Shown here piece by piece: positions 42,532-53,450 of a stretch of 64,000 nt of DNA; within the stretch, counting starts at the first letter, position 1, and each line of letters starts with the position of its first letter. A program made the position numbers and the translations under genes. The notes below the pieces were generated by a model. That model was not told the DNA's origin and did no database searches. It was given only the letters and a program-made list of their open reading frames with translations. This DNA comes from an uncultured delta proteobacterium (GTDB taxonomy: Bacteria > Desulfobacterota > Binatia > UBA9968): the NCBI GenBank assembly GCA_963804165.1, contig CAWDPO010000042.1, forward strand, positions 64,001 through 128,000, read 5' to 3'.

Positions 42532-42584
42532 CAATTTGAGTTGCTTGTATTTTGTTGTCTGCTAAACTAGTAACGCGAGCACGC

Positions 42585-45305
42585 ATGGAACCGGAAAACA
42601 AAGATATCCCCGCTGTGACCTCGGTCGAAGGTGACCGCCCGAACGGTAAAGGAAATAGAAATGAACGGCACAAATGGGTTGCCTCCCTGGAGTATATTCT
42701 CGAGTATATTTTAAAGAACGAGCAATCGGAACAAGCTTCACGTCTTCTCGAAGAGCTCATCGAACGGCTGCGGGATTCAGGGCTCAAAATTGCCCAAACG
42801 GTAAACACGCCGTACATTAATACAATACCTCCGGAAAGAGAGCCGCCCTATCCAGGCAACCGAGAAATCGAACGGCGTATAAAAAGTTATATCCGCTGGA
42901 ATGCGATGGCAATGGTGGTCAAAGCCAATCGCGTTCATCCCGACATCGGCGGCCATATCTCGACTTATGCCTCGTCAGCAACTCTTTACGAGGTCGCTCA
43001 GAATCATTTCTTCCGCGGCGGCGACGGTGAGAATCATCCCGACATGGTCTACTTTCAGGGCCATGCGTCGCCCGGCGCGTATTCGCGCGCCTATGTGGAA
43101 TGGCGCATCAACGCACCCAAACTGCATCATTTCCGCCAGGAACTTTCCAGTGTCGGAGGCGTATCATCGTATCCGCATCCCTACTTGATGCCCGACTTCT
43201 GGCAGTTTCCCACGGTGTCCATGGGTCTGGCGCCGATTATGTCGATCTATCAAGCGAGGTTCGTGCGCTATCTCAAAAGCCGCGGGCAGCTCAGCGGTGA
43301 AGAGCCTCGCATTTTCTGTTTTGTCGGCGATGGCGAAATGGATGAACCGGAATCTTCGGGCGCGCTGACACTGGCATCGCGGGAAAATCTCGACAATCTC
43401 ATCTGGGTGGTAAACTGCAACCTTCAACGTCTCGACGGCCCCGTCCGCGGTAACGGCAAAATTATTCAGGAACTCGAGGCGCTATTTCGCGGTGCAGGGT
43501 GGAATGTCATCAAAGTCATCTGGGGCTCAGATTGGGATCCGCTATTGGCGAAGGATGAAAAAGGCTTGTTACTCAAACGAATGGAAGAAGCGGTTGACGG
43601 CGATTATCAGAAATACTCGGTGGAGCCGGGGAGCTACACCAGAAAACATTTTTTTGGCAAGTACCCTGAATTGCTCGAGATGGTCAATCCTATGACCGAT
43701 GACCAGATTCGCAAGTTGCTGCGCGGCGGTCACGATCCCATGAAAGTGTACGCCGCGTACAAGGCGGCGGTCGAACATAAAGGCACACCAACCGTGATTC
43801 TCGCGAAGACTGTGAAAGGATACGGACTGGGCGAAGCCGGCGAAGGTCGGAATATCACACATCAGCAGAAAAAGCTCAACGAACGCGAGCTGCGCGAGTT
43901 TCGCAGCCGATTCGACATACCACTGCCCGATGAAGAAGTCGTCGAGACCCCCTTCTACCGCCCGCCCCTCGATAGCCCGGAAACCCAATACTTACTCGAG
44001 AGGCGCAAACAGTTGCGCGGCTTCGTTCCGGAACGGAAAGTTAGGGCGAAGTCGCTAAGAGTTCCTGAAGCTGCCGATTATGAGGAATTCCTCAAAGGCT
44101 CGGGCGAACATTCTATGTCGACCACCATGGCGACCGTGCGAATCCTGACAAAGCTCTTGCGTCACGAGGAGATCGGCAAACGCATCGTCCCGATCATTCC
44201 CGACGAAGCGAGAACGTTTGGCATGGATTCGTTATTCCGCCAGATCGGTATTTACTCTTCCAAGGGCCAACTCTATGAACCCGTCGATCGTGAGACGCTG
44301 CTTTATTACAACGAAACCAAAGACGGCCAGATTCTCGAAGAAGGCATTACCGAGGCAGGCGCCATGTCGTCGTTCATTGCCGCGGGCACGTCCTATGCGC
44401 ATCTCGGCGTCAACATGATTCCATTTTACTTTTATTACTCGATGTTCGGTTTCCAGCGCATCGGCGACCTCATCTGGGCGGCGGCGGATAGCAAGTCGAA
44501 GGGCTTTTTGTTGGGCGCGACAGCGGGACGAACGACGCTCAATGGCGAAGGATTACAGCATCAAGACGGCCATAGCCACGTGTTGGCAAGCACCGTTCCG
44601 ACTCTGTTCACCTACGACGCCGCCTTCGCTTACGAGATCGCCGTCATCGTGAAGGATGGATTGCGTCGCCTCTATGCAGAGGGGGAAGAGTATTTTTACT
44701 ATCTCACGCTGTACAATGAGAGCTATCAGATGCCGGCCATGCCAGAAGGCACCGAAGAGGGAATACTGAAAGGCTTATATAAGCTCAAACCGGCGACGAA
44801 GGGTAAAAAATACAAGGCGCATATATTCGGCAGCGGCCCGCTGCTCCGAGAAGCGCTACGCGCGCAAGATATTCTTGCGGAACAATTCGACGTCGCGGCG
44901 GATGTATGGAGCGCGACGAGCTACAAACTGCTGCGCGGCGACGTATTGCGAACCAAGCGTTGGAACATGCTGCATCCGACGGCGCCGCCAAAACTATCCT
45001 ATCTAGAATTAATCCTGCAAAACGAAGAAGGAGTTTTTGTCGCGGTGTCCGACTATATGAAAATGGTCCCTGACCAGATCGCACCGTGGGTGCCCGGCGG
45101 GCTGACGACCCTCGGCACCGACGGTTTCGGCCGCAGCGACACGCGGCCCAATCTCCGACGATTTTTTGAGGTCGACGCGGAATTGTCGGCCGTCGCCACG
45201 CTCTATGCTCTCCATCAAAAGGAGGCATTTCCCGCTAAAGTTGTCGAGGAAGCGATCAAGAAGCTCGGTGTCGACCCCGAAAAGTCATTCCCTTTTTATC
45301 TCTAA
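42585..45305 (+). CDS. aceE: Pyruvate dehydrogenase E1, homodimeric type
   Basis: YFQGHASPG, GDGEMDEPES, CNLQRLDGPVRGN, NGEGLQHQDG. Confidence 0.97.
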   Translation: MEPENKDIPAVTSVEGDRPNGKGNRNERHKWVASLEYILEYILKNEQSEQASRLLEELIERLRDSGLKIAQTVNTPYINTIPPEREPPYPGNREIERRIKSYIRWNAMAMVVKANRVHPDIGGHISTYASSATLYEVAQNHFFRGGDGENHPDMVYFQGHASPGAYSRAYVEWRINAPKLHHFRQELSSVGGVSSYPHPYLMPDFWQFPTVSMGLAPIMSIYQARFVRYLKSRGQLSGEEPRIFCFVGDGEMDEPESSGALTLASRENLDNLIWVVNCNLQRLDGPVRGNGKIIQELEALFRGAGWNVIKVIWGSDWDPLLAKDEKGLLLKRMEEAVDGDYQKYSVEPGSYTRKHFFGKYPELLEMVNPMTDDQIRKLLRGGHDPMKVYAAYKAAVEHKGTPTVILAKTVKGYGLGEAGEGRNITHQQKKLNERELREFRSRFDIPLPDEEVVETPFYRPPLDSPETQYLLERRKQLRGFVPERKVRAKSLRVPEAADYEEFLKGSGEHSMSTTMATVRILTKLLRHEEIGKRIVPIIPDEARTFGMDSLFRQIGIYSSKGQLYEPVDRETLLYYNETKDGQILEEGITEAGAMSSFIAAGTSYAHLGVNMIPFYFYYSMFGFQRIGDLIWAAADSKSKGFLLGATAGRTTLNGEGLQHQDGHSHVLASTVPTLFTYDAAFAYEIAVIVKDGLRRLYAEGEEYFYYLTLYNESYQMPAMPEGTEEGILKGLYKLKPATKGKKYKAHIFGSGPLLREALRAQDILAEQFDVAADVWSATSYKLLRGDVLRTKRWNMLHPTAPPKLSYLELILQNEEGVFVAVSDYMKMVPDQIAPWVPGGLTTLGTDGFGRSDTRPNLRRFFEVDAELSAVATLYALHQKEAFPAKVVEEAIKKLGVDPEKSFPFYL

Positions 45306-45338
45306 TCACTTTCAAAAGCGCAGCCGGAAACATTTTTC

Positions 45339-46655
45339 ATGGACGTCAAGCTTCCACAGCTCGCTGAAGGTGTAGAGTCCGGCACGGTCGTGAGCATTCT
45401 CGTCGCCGAAGGCCAGGACGTCAAAAAAGACCAAGCCATTATGGAGCTGGAGACTCAAAAGGCCGTGGGCTCAATACCTGCTCCCAGTTCCGGTGTGGTC
45501 ACGAAAATTTACGTCAAGCAAGGGATGGAGGTCTCGGTTGGACAACCGCTCATCTCAATCGAGAGCAGCGGTGCCACGACAACCACGAGCGCGCAACCGG
45601 CGCAAACGCCAACCGCGACAGCGTCGGCAAAGCCGAATTCCTCTGTGGCACCCACCCGGCCGGCGCAAACACCTGGCAGCGCAATCACAGATGATTATCA
45701 TTATGAGTCAAAGACGGGTATGCCACCCCCTGCGCCACCGTCAATTCGGAAAATCGCGCGCGAACTCGGCATTGACCTGACCCGAATCAAAGGCAGCGAA
45801 GCAGGCGGTAGAATCAATCTCGGCGATCTGCGCGATTACGTTCAACGCTTGCAGCAGATCGCGCTTCACAGCGCCGCGCCGGCCGCGCAACCGGCGCCGG
45901 CGGGCGCGCCGACTCCGACGCCGAGCGAAGCCATCGATTTTGCTAAATGGGGGCCGATACGCCGGGAAAAAATGTCGCCGCTCAGGCGCACGGTCAGCCG
46001 GCGCATGGTGGAATCATGGACGACGATCCCGAAAATAAACCAGTTCGCCGACGCCGATATCACGGCGCTACTGTCGTTGCGAAAAAAACATGCGCCGGCG
46101 TATGAGAAAAAAGGCGCGCATCTCACGCTCACGTCAATTTTGCTGTTCGTGCTTGGACGCGTCTTGAAAAAGCATCTGCGCGCGAATGCCAGCATCGACG
46201 AATCGACTCAGGAAATCATCTATAAAGATTACTGCCACATCGGCGTCGCCGTCGACACTGAAGGCGGCCTGATCGTGCCGGTTTTGCGCGACGTCGATCG
46301 GAAAAATCTCTTGCAGCTCTCCGAAGAGCTTCACGCGCTCTCCGAGAAAACCCGCCAGCGCAAGATTTCCATCGAGGAGCTTCAAGGCGGCAGTTTCACG
46401 ATCTCGAATCAGGGCAGCATCGGTGGCGGCCACTTCACGCCGATCATTTATGCGCCCCAGGTCGCAATTCTCGGCGTCGGGCAAGGCCAAGCGAAACCGG
46501 TCGTCATCGACGGCAAAATCGCCATTCGAACGATTCTGCCGCTTTGTCTTGCCTACGATCACCGCGTTCTCGACGGCGCCGACGCTGTTCGTTTTATAAA
46601 AGACGTTATTACCGGACTGGAAATCTTCGGCGAAGCGGAACTAACGCTTAAGTAA
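45339..46655 (+). CDS. aceF: Dihydrolipoamide acyltransferase E2
   Basis: Lipoyl domain ETQKA, E3-binding domain, YDHRVLDGA. Confidence 0.94.
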   Translation: MDVKLPQLAEGVESGTVVSILVAEGQDVKKDQAIMELETQKAVGSIPAPSSGVVTKIYVKQGMEVSVGQPLISIESSGATTTTSAQPAQTPTATASAKPNSSVAPTRPAQTPGSAITDDYHYESKTGMPPPAPPSIRKIARELGIDLTRIKGSEAGGRINLGDLRDYVQRLQQIALHSAAPAAQPAPAGAPTPTPSEAIDFAKWGPIRREKMSPLRRTVSRRMVESWTTIPKINQFADADITALLSLRKKHAPAYEKKGAHLTLTSILLFVLGRVLKKHLRANASIDESTQEIIYKDYCHIGVAVDTEGGLIVPVLRDVDRKNLLQLSEELHALSEKTRQRKISIEELQGGSFTISNQGSIGGGHFTPIIYAPQVAILGVGQGQAKPVVIDGKIAIRTILPLCLAYDHRVLDGADAVRFIKDVITGLEIFGEAELTLK

Positions 46656-46663
46656 TCGCATCC

Positions 46664-48079
46664 ATGGAACCGACTACCACTGAGGTTTTAGTTCTCGGCG
46701 CCGGCCCCGGCGGTTACACCGCTGCGTTTCACGCCGCCGACAAAGGCAAAAAAGTCACCCTCGTCGAACAAAGTCCGCGGCTGGGCGGCGTTTGTATGAA
46801 CGTCGGATGCATTCCGTCCAAGGCTTTGCTACACGCCACCGCGATTATGCGCGAGGCGAAGGAGTCATCGCAACGCGGCATCGAGCTCGGCCAGCCGAAA
46901 CTCAATCTTGAAACTCTGCGAACGTGGAAAGAATCGATTGTCGAAAAGCTCGGCCGCGGCATTAGTACGCTAGCGCAACAGCGCGGCGTCGATATCGTGC
47001 ACGGCCGCGGGCACTTCGAAGATTCGCGAACCTTGCGCGTCGAAACCGGGGCGGGACAGAAGTTTATTCGCTACGAAAAAGCGATCATCGCGGTCGGTTC
47101 CAAGCCAGCCATGCCCAACGCCTTCGACCTCGGCAACAAGCGGATCATGACCTCCACCGAGGCACTCGAGCTGCCGGATATCCCGCAAGACCTGCTCGTG
47201 GTCGGCGGCGGATATATCGGCATGGAACTCGGCACCGTCTATGCCGCCCTTGGCAGTCGCGTCGTCGTTCTCGAAGCCTTGCCTTCGATTCTCACAGGCG
47301 TCGACGCCGATCTAGTTCGGCCCGTCAGCCGCGTGGCGCAAAAAGCGTTCAGGGAAATCCGCCTCAACACCAAAGTGCTCAAGATGGCCACCGCCGGCAA
47401 GCAGATCAAAGTCACCACAGAGATCAACAAAGAGCAGCGCGAGGAGCTTTACGATCGCGTCCTCGTGAGTGTCGGGCGGGTGCCCAATCTCAATGATCTC
47501 GGACTCCAAAACACCAAGGTCACAAGGGATGACAAAGGTTTCATTCAATGCAACGCCCAACAACAGACCGAAGACCCGAACATTTACGCTGTCGGTGACG
47601 TCAACGGCGGCACCCTGCTCGCCCATCGCGCGTTCAAGGAGGCCAAGATCGCCGTGGAAGCGATCCTCGGTGAAGCGAGTGCATTTGAAAACATCGTCAT
47701 CCCCGCCGTGGTTTTCACCGATCCGGAAATCGCGTGGTGCGGCCTCACCGAAACCGAAGCAAAACAAAAAGGCATCGACGTTCAGGTCGCGAAATTTCTC
47801 TGGGGCGCTTCCGGTCGTGCGCTCACGCTCGACCGCCCGGACGGGCTGACCAAGCTCATCATCGAACCGGAAACCGAACGGATTCTTGGCGTGGGCATCG
47901 TCGGCGCCGGCGCGGGCGAGTTGATTAGCGAAGGCGTTCTTGCCGTCGAGATGGGCGCCACCGCGCGCGACCTCGCCGACTCGGTGCACCCGCATCCGAC
48001 GCTTTCGGAAACGCTCATGGAAGCCGCGGAATCGTTTTATGGCACGGCGACGCACACGCTATCGCGGCGCAAATCGTAG
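46664..48079 (+). CDS. lpdA: Dihydrolipoyl dehydrogenase
   Basis: GAGPGGY, GGVCMNVGCIPSK, HPHPTLSE. Confidence 0.97.
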   Translation: MEPTTTEVLVLGAGPGGYTAAFHAADKGKKVTLVEQSPRLGGVCMNVGCIPSKALLHATAIMREAKESSQRGIELGQPKLNLETLRTWKESIVEKLGRGISTLAQQRGVDIVHGRGHFEDSRTLRVETGAGQKFIRYEKAIIAVGSKPAMPNAFDLGNKRIMTSTEALELPDIPQDLLVVGGGYIGMELGTVYAALGSRVVVLEALPSILTGVDADLVRPVSRVAQKAFREIRLNTKVLKMATAGKQIKVTTEINKEQREELYDRVLVSVGRVPNLNDLGLQNTKVTRDDKGFIQCNAQQQTEDPNIYAVGDVNGGTLLAHRAFKEAKIAVEAILGEASAFENIVIPAVVFTDPEIAWCGLTETEAKQKGIDVQVAKFLWGASGRALTLDRPDGLTKLIIEPETERILGVGIVGAGAGELISEGVLAVEMGATARDLADSVHPHPTLSETLMEAAESFYGTATHTLSRRKS

Positions 48080-48165
48080 CGGTAAATCCCGTGCCTGACC
48101 TCCTCCGGGTAGCGTCGGCGAATCAGAACGCAGCGCCGTGTTTGTCTTGGCGATTGATTAGATCC

Positions 48166-49056
48166 ATGCCCGATCCCTGTCCTCGTTTGTTTCTAGTTGA
48201 CGGCAGCTCATATATTTTTCGCGCCTTCTTCGCCATCCCGCCGCTGACCAACGCCAACGGCATGCCGACCAATGCGATCTTCGGCTTTACCAACATGATG
48301 CTCAAGTTACTGAACGAGCATCGACCGGAATATGTCATGGTCGCTTTGGACGCCGGGCGGGAGACTTTTCGTAACCAAATATTCGCTGCCTATAAGGGCC
48401 ATCGACCCGAAGCGCCGGCGGATCTGATCCGGCAATTTCCCTATTTTCGCAAGGTCCTCGACGCGCTCAGCGTCGTGCTGCTCGAGCTGCCCGGCTATGA
48501 AGCCGACGACATCATCGCCACCCTGTGCAAATCCCTGGGATGCCCGAACTGTGAAATCACCGTGGTGTCGAGCGACAAGGACTTAATGCAGCTGGTCAGC
48601 GACGGCATCAAGTTGTTAGACAGCGCCAAAGATCGTTGGATCGGCGACGACCAAGTTCGGAACAAATTCGGCGTCGTGCCGGAACAAGTGATCCAAGTCA
48701 TGGGATTGATGGGCGACGCGGTCGACAACATTCCAGGCGTTAAAGGGATCGGCGAGAAAACCGCGATCACCTTGATCCAGCAATTCGGCACGTTGGAGAA
48801 CCTCTTTAGCCGTCTCGACGAAGTCGATAAAATGCAACTGCGCGGCGCCGCGCGTGTGCGAAAATTTCTCGATGACGGCAAAGATTTGGCGTATCTCAGC
48901 CGCGATCTCGCCACAGTGAAACGCGACGTGCCGATCGAGATCTCGCTGAATGATCTCCGCGGCCGCGCGCCGGATCTGAAAAAGGTCCAAGGGCTTTTCA
49001 ATGAGCTGGGATTTTTTAATTTGCTAAAACTACTCGAGGCCAAACAACCCGCATAA
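48166..49056 (+). CDS. Standalone 5'-3' exonuclease/flap endonuclease (PolA N-terminal-like)
   Basis: LVDGSSYIFRAF, YEADDII, SSDKD, GDAVDNIPGVKGIGEKTA. Confidence 0.92.
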   Translation: MPDPCPRLFLVDGSSYIFRAFFAIPPLTNANGMPTNAIFGFTNMMLKLLNEHRPEYVMVALDAGRETFRNQIFAAYKGHRPEAPADLIRQFPYFRKVLDALSVVLLELPGYEADDIIATLCKSLGCPNCEITVVSSDKDLMQLVSDGIKLLDSAKDRWIGDDQVRNKFGVVPEQVIQVMGLMGDAVDNIPGVKGIGEKTAITLIQQFGTLENLFSRLDEVDKMQLRGAARVRKFLDDGKDLAYLSRDLATVKRDVPIEISLNDLRGRAPDLKKVQGLFNELGFFNLLKLLEAKQPA

Positions 49057-49062
49057 GCCATC

Positions 49063-50736
49063 ATGCAAAGCCGCATGAAGTTGGGCGATTTTTTAGTCGC
49101 CTATCTCGAAAAAATCGGTGTCTCCCATTTATTCGGCATCCCCGGCGACCTCGTCATCAATCTGTTCTTCAAATTTGGCCGGCGCCGCGGGCTCAAGATC
49201 ATCACCCTTTCGCACGAGCCCGGCGTCGGATTTGCGGCCGACGGATACGCGCGTGCCACGGGCCGCATCGGCGCCATCTGCGTTACCTACGGCGCAGGCG
49301 GCCACAACATGGTTAACCCCGTGGCAGGCTCTTTCGCGGAGCGCGTGCCGATCCTCGTCATCAGCGGCGGTCCAGGGGAAGACGAACGCAAGCTCGGCGT
49401 GCTGATTCATCATCAGGCCAAAGAAATCGAGTCGCAATATCGCATCTACCGCGAAGTCACCTGCGCGGCAAAAATTATCGACGATCCGCTCAGAGCGGCA
49501 ACCGACATCGATGAAGTCATCCGCTCGATCTGGCTGCACCAGCAGCCGGGCTATCTGGAAATCCACCGCGACATGGTGGAGCGCGAGATCCACGTGCCCA
49601 AAGACATCATCGAGTGGAACGGTGAACTGCCGCAGCCACAGTCCGACCGGCGCAAGCTCGATGAGGCGGTGCGCGAGACCGTGGAGTGGTTCAACCGCGC
49701 GAAGAATCCGGTCATCCTGGTAGGCATCGAGAGTTATCGTTTTAAGGCGGCCAAGGAGATCATTGCCCTGGTGGAAAAAACCGGCGTCCCCTGCTGTGCT
49801 TCGGTGTTGGCAAAGGGTGCATTTCCCATGAATCATCCTCAATACATGGGCGTCTATCTCGGCGGCATCAGTCCGCCGCGCATCCGCAAGCGGGTCGAAA
49901 GCGCGGATTTGATCATAGCCTTTGGCATGCTCCTCACGGACATCGAAAGCGGCGGACGCGCCCCTTCGGAAGCGCTGCGCGATCGCTCGATCTGGGCGGC
50001 GGACAATCGGGTGAACGTGAGCTTCCACACGTATACCGACATCACGCTCAAAGAATTTGTCGCGGGACTTTTGAAAGCAAACCTGAAATCGCACCGGGAA
50101 AAAATCTTTTATAGCGACAATCTGGGCAAACCGCCGGTCAACCTCGATCGTCAGATTCGCGTCGCCGACATTCTGCGTGAGATCAATCGTTTTCTGGCCA
50201 GTCACAAAAAAATATTGGTCGTGACCGAATCCGGCGACTCTCTTTTCGGCGGTCTTGATATCAAGGTCGGCAACGACGGCCTTTACTTGGCGCAAGGTTT
50301 TTACGCGTCTATGGGTTTTGCCGTTCCCGGCGCGCTCGGGGCGCAGATCGGCACGGGACTGCGTCCTTTGATTCTTACCGGCGACGGGGGATTTCAGATG
50401 ACCGGCGTCGAGATCGTTCATGCGCTGCGCCACGGATGCAATCCCGTCGTGATTTTGGTCAACAACGGCGGGTGGGGAATCTTCCGTCCCGTCGCCAAAG
50501 AAGAGGAGCTGCTCGCCTTGCCGTCGCTGCGCTATTCCGACCTCGCGGTGCTTTGGGGTGGGGTTGGCATTAGGGTACAAACTGTGGCACAGTTGCGCCG
50601 GGCGTTGGAGAATGCAGCCCAATCTTCCGCTTTCGTCATTATTGAAGCCATGACCGGATATCGCGATCTTTCGCCGATCAGCGTCAAATACATCCGCGCC
50701 TCTGCGAAACGCGCGCTGAAGTCGGCAAAGAGCTAA
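49063..50736 (+). CDS. ThDP-dependent alpha-keto acid decarboxylase (indole-/phenylpyruvate type)
   Basis: FGIPGD, HEPGVGFAADGYAR, IHH, GDGGFQMTG...NNGGW. Confidence 0.88.
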   Translation: MQSRMKLGDFLVAYLEKIGVSHLFGIPGDLVINLFFKFGRRRGLKIITLSHEPGVGFAADGYARATGRIGAICVTYGAGGHNMVNPVAGSFAERVPILVISGGPGEDERKLGVLIHHQAKEIESQYRIYREVTCAAKIIDDPLRAATDIDEVIRSIWLHQQPGYLEIHRDMVEREIHVPKDIIEWNGELPQPQSDRRKLDEAVRETVEWFNRAKNPVILVGIESYRFKAAKEIIALVEKTGVPCCASVLAKGAFPMNHPQYMGVYLGGISPPRIRKRVESADLIIAFGMLLTDIESGGRAPSEALRDRSIWAADNRVNVSFHTYTDITLKEFVAGLLKANLKSHREKIFYSDNLGKPPVNLDRQIRVADILREINRFLASHKKILVVTESGDSLFGGLDIKVGNDGLYLAQGFYASMGFAVPGALGAQIGTGLRPLILTGDGGFQMTGVEIVHALRHGCNPVVILVNNGGWGIFRPVAKEEELLALPSLRYSDLAVLWGGVGIRVQTVAQLRRALENAAQSSAFVIIEAMTGYRDLSPISVKYIRASAKRALKSAKS

Positions 50737-50769
50737 CTGCAACGGTTTTCAATCCTCGAGGTTAATTCC

Positions 50770-51921
50770 TTGATCCATCAAGAGCGGCTCAAGAATTTAT
50801 TGATCGAGCTCATCAAGATCGATAGCCTGTCGCGCAAAGAGCGCGAAGTTGCCACGCTCCTCAAACGCGAAATGGAAGAGTTGGGAGCGACGGTTTTTAT
50901 CGACGACGCGGGCGAAAAAGTCGGCGGAAACACCGGCAACCTGATCGCCCATTTTCCCGGAAACGTTGCCGGCGCCAAGCCGCTGTTGCTTTCCGCTCAC
51001 ATGGACACTGTGGTTCCTGGCGAGGGCATTGTGCCGATTTTGGACGGCGACATTCTGCGCACCGATGGTCGTACCGTTCTGGGCGGCGACGATAAGAGCG
51101 GTGTCGCCATCATCTGCGAGGTGTTGCGCGTGATCAAAGAGCAACGCATTCCGTGTAGCGCCGTCGATGTGGTTTTTACGATCTGCGAAGAAGCTGGCTT
51201 GATCGGCGCCAAATGTCTCGACGTAGGCCGTCTGCGCGCGCGCACGGGTCTGGTGCTCGATAGCGATTCCGTCGGTTTTCTCTTTACCAAAGCGCCGGCG
51301 GCGAATCGCATGGAATTTCGCGTCTATGGACTTGAAGCGCACGCCGGCGTGTGCCCGGAAAAGGGCATCAACGCGATCAAAGTCGCCGCTGAAGGGATCG
51401 CGCAAATGCGCCTGGGCCGCATCGATCATGAGACCACCGCTAACATCGGCGTGGTCGAAGGCGGCATGGCGGTGAATATCGTGCCCAATCAGGTGATCCT
51501 GCGGGGCGAAGCCCGCAGTCACAGCGAGGAAAAGCTGAATCGACAGACCGAGCATATGAAGCGGTGTCTCGAGGATGCCGCGGCACGCTACGTGCTCGAG
51601 ATCGACGGCAAGCGCCACAGCGCTAGGATCGAAGCCAAGATCGATCGCGATTACGACCGCATGGACGTCCCCGAGAGCGCTCCGATCGTGCAACTCGTGC
51701 ACGCCGCGGCGAAAAATCTCAACCTGGAAGTAAAGACGCTCGCTACCGGCGGCGGCTGCGACGCTAATGTGCTCAATCAGAAAGGCTTGGTCGTCGCCAA
51801 TCTTTCGACCGGCATGCGAGAAATTCATACGGTCAACGAATGGCTCGACCTAAAAGATTTAAATCTTTCAGCCCAGATGGTACTGGAAATCGTCAGACTC
51901 AACGCGGCTCAAAATCCGTGA
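50770..51921 (+). CDS. M20 family metallopeptidase (PepT-like)
   Basis: SAHMDTV, GGDDKSG, EEAG, AHAG, GGGCDAN, IHT. Confidence 0.9.
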   Translation: MIHQERLKNLLIELIKIDSLSRKEREVATLLKREMEELGATVFIDDAGEKVGGNTGNLIAHFPGNVAGAKPLLLSAHMDTVVPGEGIVPILDGDILRTDGRTVLGGDDKSGVAIICEVLRVIKEQRIPCSAVDVVFTICEEAGLIGAKCLDVGRLRARTGLVLDSDSVGFLFTKAPAANRMEFRVYGLEAHAGVCPEKGINAIKVAAEGIAQMRLGRIDHETTANIGVVEGGMAVNIVPNQVILRGEARSHSEEKLNRQTEHMKRCLEDAAARYVLEIDGKRHSARIEAKIDRDYDRMDVPESAPIVQLVHAAAKNLNLEVKTLATGGGCDANVLNQKGLVVANLSTGMREIHTVNEWLDLKDLNLSAQMVLEIVRLNAAQNP

Positions 51922-51992
51922 GGGGCAAAGTATAAAGATGAGACGTTTTAGGAACTAAAACCCCTTACCGTTCACCCCTAAGCAGTCGAACG

Positions 51993-53438
51993 ATGCAAGC
52001 ACAAGAAATCGGACTCCTGCTCAAACAGGAGCGCGGCCAGTTCCTTGAATTTATCAGCGCGTACGAATATCGCCGCGCAGCCGGCCAGAAAAAACGCGAG
52101 GAAGATTTAGCCCGCGAAGTTGCGCGCGCTCTCTCTGCCATGGCCAACGCCGATGGCGGAACCGTGCTCGTCGGCGTCGAACCTGACAAGAGCGTCACCG
52201 GCATACCCTATGATCACGATGAACTGCACGCGATCATCGAGGCCCCGCAAAACTTGCTGCGTCCGCAGCTCAGCCCTTCGTGCGAGAAAGTCCGTCTGGG
52301 AAATTTACAGCTGCTTAAGTTCGAAGTCGCCTCGGGCCTGGAGATCTATCGAATCGCCGGCGGCCGCTCGTTTTACCGGATCGCCTCCGAGACCGCGTCG
52401 CTTCCCGCGGATCAGATCCATGCCCTGAAGGAAGCAAAAAAACACGTCTTCTACGAGCGCCAGCAAGCGCTCAATGCCACCTGGTTCGATCTCGATGCAG
52501 ATTTGCTGGCGGAGTTCGTCAACAAAACCCAGCCCGGCAAGGATCCCCAAGTATTTCTCAGTCAGACCTACCACCTACTCGATCAGTCGCGCGCGCTTCC
52601 TTGCCCTAACATGGCCGCGCTCCTGCTATTCGCAAAGGATCCGACCCGTTGGCATCCACGCGCAGGCATCGATTTCGTCAAATACGACGGCGCGGAGCGG
52701 CAACACGGCAGCTCACTCAATGTAGTTAAACGAATTCGCTTCGAAGCACCGCTGGTGAGGTTGATCGACGAAGCGGTCGGCCGGATCAAAGAGCATATCC
52801 GCGAACGCACGATTCTACACGATCTTTTTTTCCGCGAGCGGCTGGAGTACCCTACGTTCGCGTGGCAGGAGGCCTTGGTCAACGCCGTGGCGCACCGCGA
52901 TTACGGTTTGAGCGGCGCCTCCATTGAAGTGTGGATGTTCGACGATCACATTAGCGTGCGCAGCCCCGGCTTGCCCCCGGAGCCGGTCACCTTGGAACAA
53001 CTGAGAAGGCAGAAGAGCATTCACTTTTCCCGCAACCCGTTGATCGTCCGGGTGCTCGCGGATCTTGGTTACCTGCGCGAAATGGGCGAAGGCGTGCCGC
53101 GCATGTTTCAGGAAATGGAAACCTACGGACTGCACCCGCCCGAATTGTCCATCGACGGTTTTGTTTTTACCGTGACCCTGCGCAATGCGCCCGTCTATGA
53201 CGAGGCAACGCTCAGATGGCTCAACCAATTCGGAACGGCACAGATCAATTTGCGCCAACGACGTCTGCTCGCCTACGCGTACTGCCACGGCAAAACCTTT
53301 TCGACCGCCGAATACGAGAGAATCGCCGAAGTCGATCGCGACACCGCCTATCGGGACATTCGTTTGATGATCAAAAGCGGCATCCTCGCGCCGCTCAAGC
53401 CCAAGAGCCGAAGCTATCGCATCATTGAAAAGCTTTAG
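51993..53438 (+). CDS. Schlafen/AlbA_2 + HATPase_c_4 + wHTH protein
   Basis: EFISA...SAMANADGGTVLVGV, EALVNAVAHRDY, SPG, RNP, GEGVPRM. Confidence 0.85.
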   Translation: MQAQEIGLLLKQERGQFLEFISAYEYRRAAGQKKREEDLAREVARALSAMANADGGTVLVGVEPDKSVTGIPYDHDELHAIIEAPQNLLRPQLSPSCEKVRLGNLQLLKFEVASGLEIYRIAGGRSFYRIASETASLPADQIHALKEAKKHVFYERQQALNATWFDLDADLLAEFVNKTQPGKDPQVFLSQTYHLLDQSRALPCPNMAALLLFAKDPTRWHPRAGIDFVKYDGAERQHGSSLNVVKRIRFEAPLVRLIDEAVGRIKEHIRERTILHDLFFRERLEYPTFAWQEALVNAVAHRDYGLSGASIEVWMFDDHISVRSPGLPPEPVTLEQLRRQKSIHFSRNPLIVRVLADLGYLREMGEGVPRMFQEMETYGLHPPELSIDGFVFTVTLRNAPVYDEATLRWLNQFGTAQINLRQRRLLAYAYCHGKTFSTAEYERIAEVDRDTAYRDIRLMIKSGILAPLKPKSRSYRIIEKL

Positions 53439-53450
53439 GCGCAATCCGGC

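Noticed and set aside
48091-49056. Truncated polA
   Set aside because: Clean stop followed closely by the next gene; standalone 5'-3' exonucleases are common.
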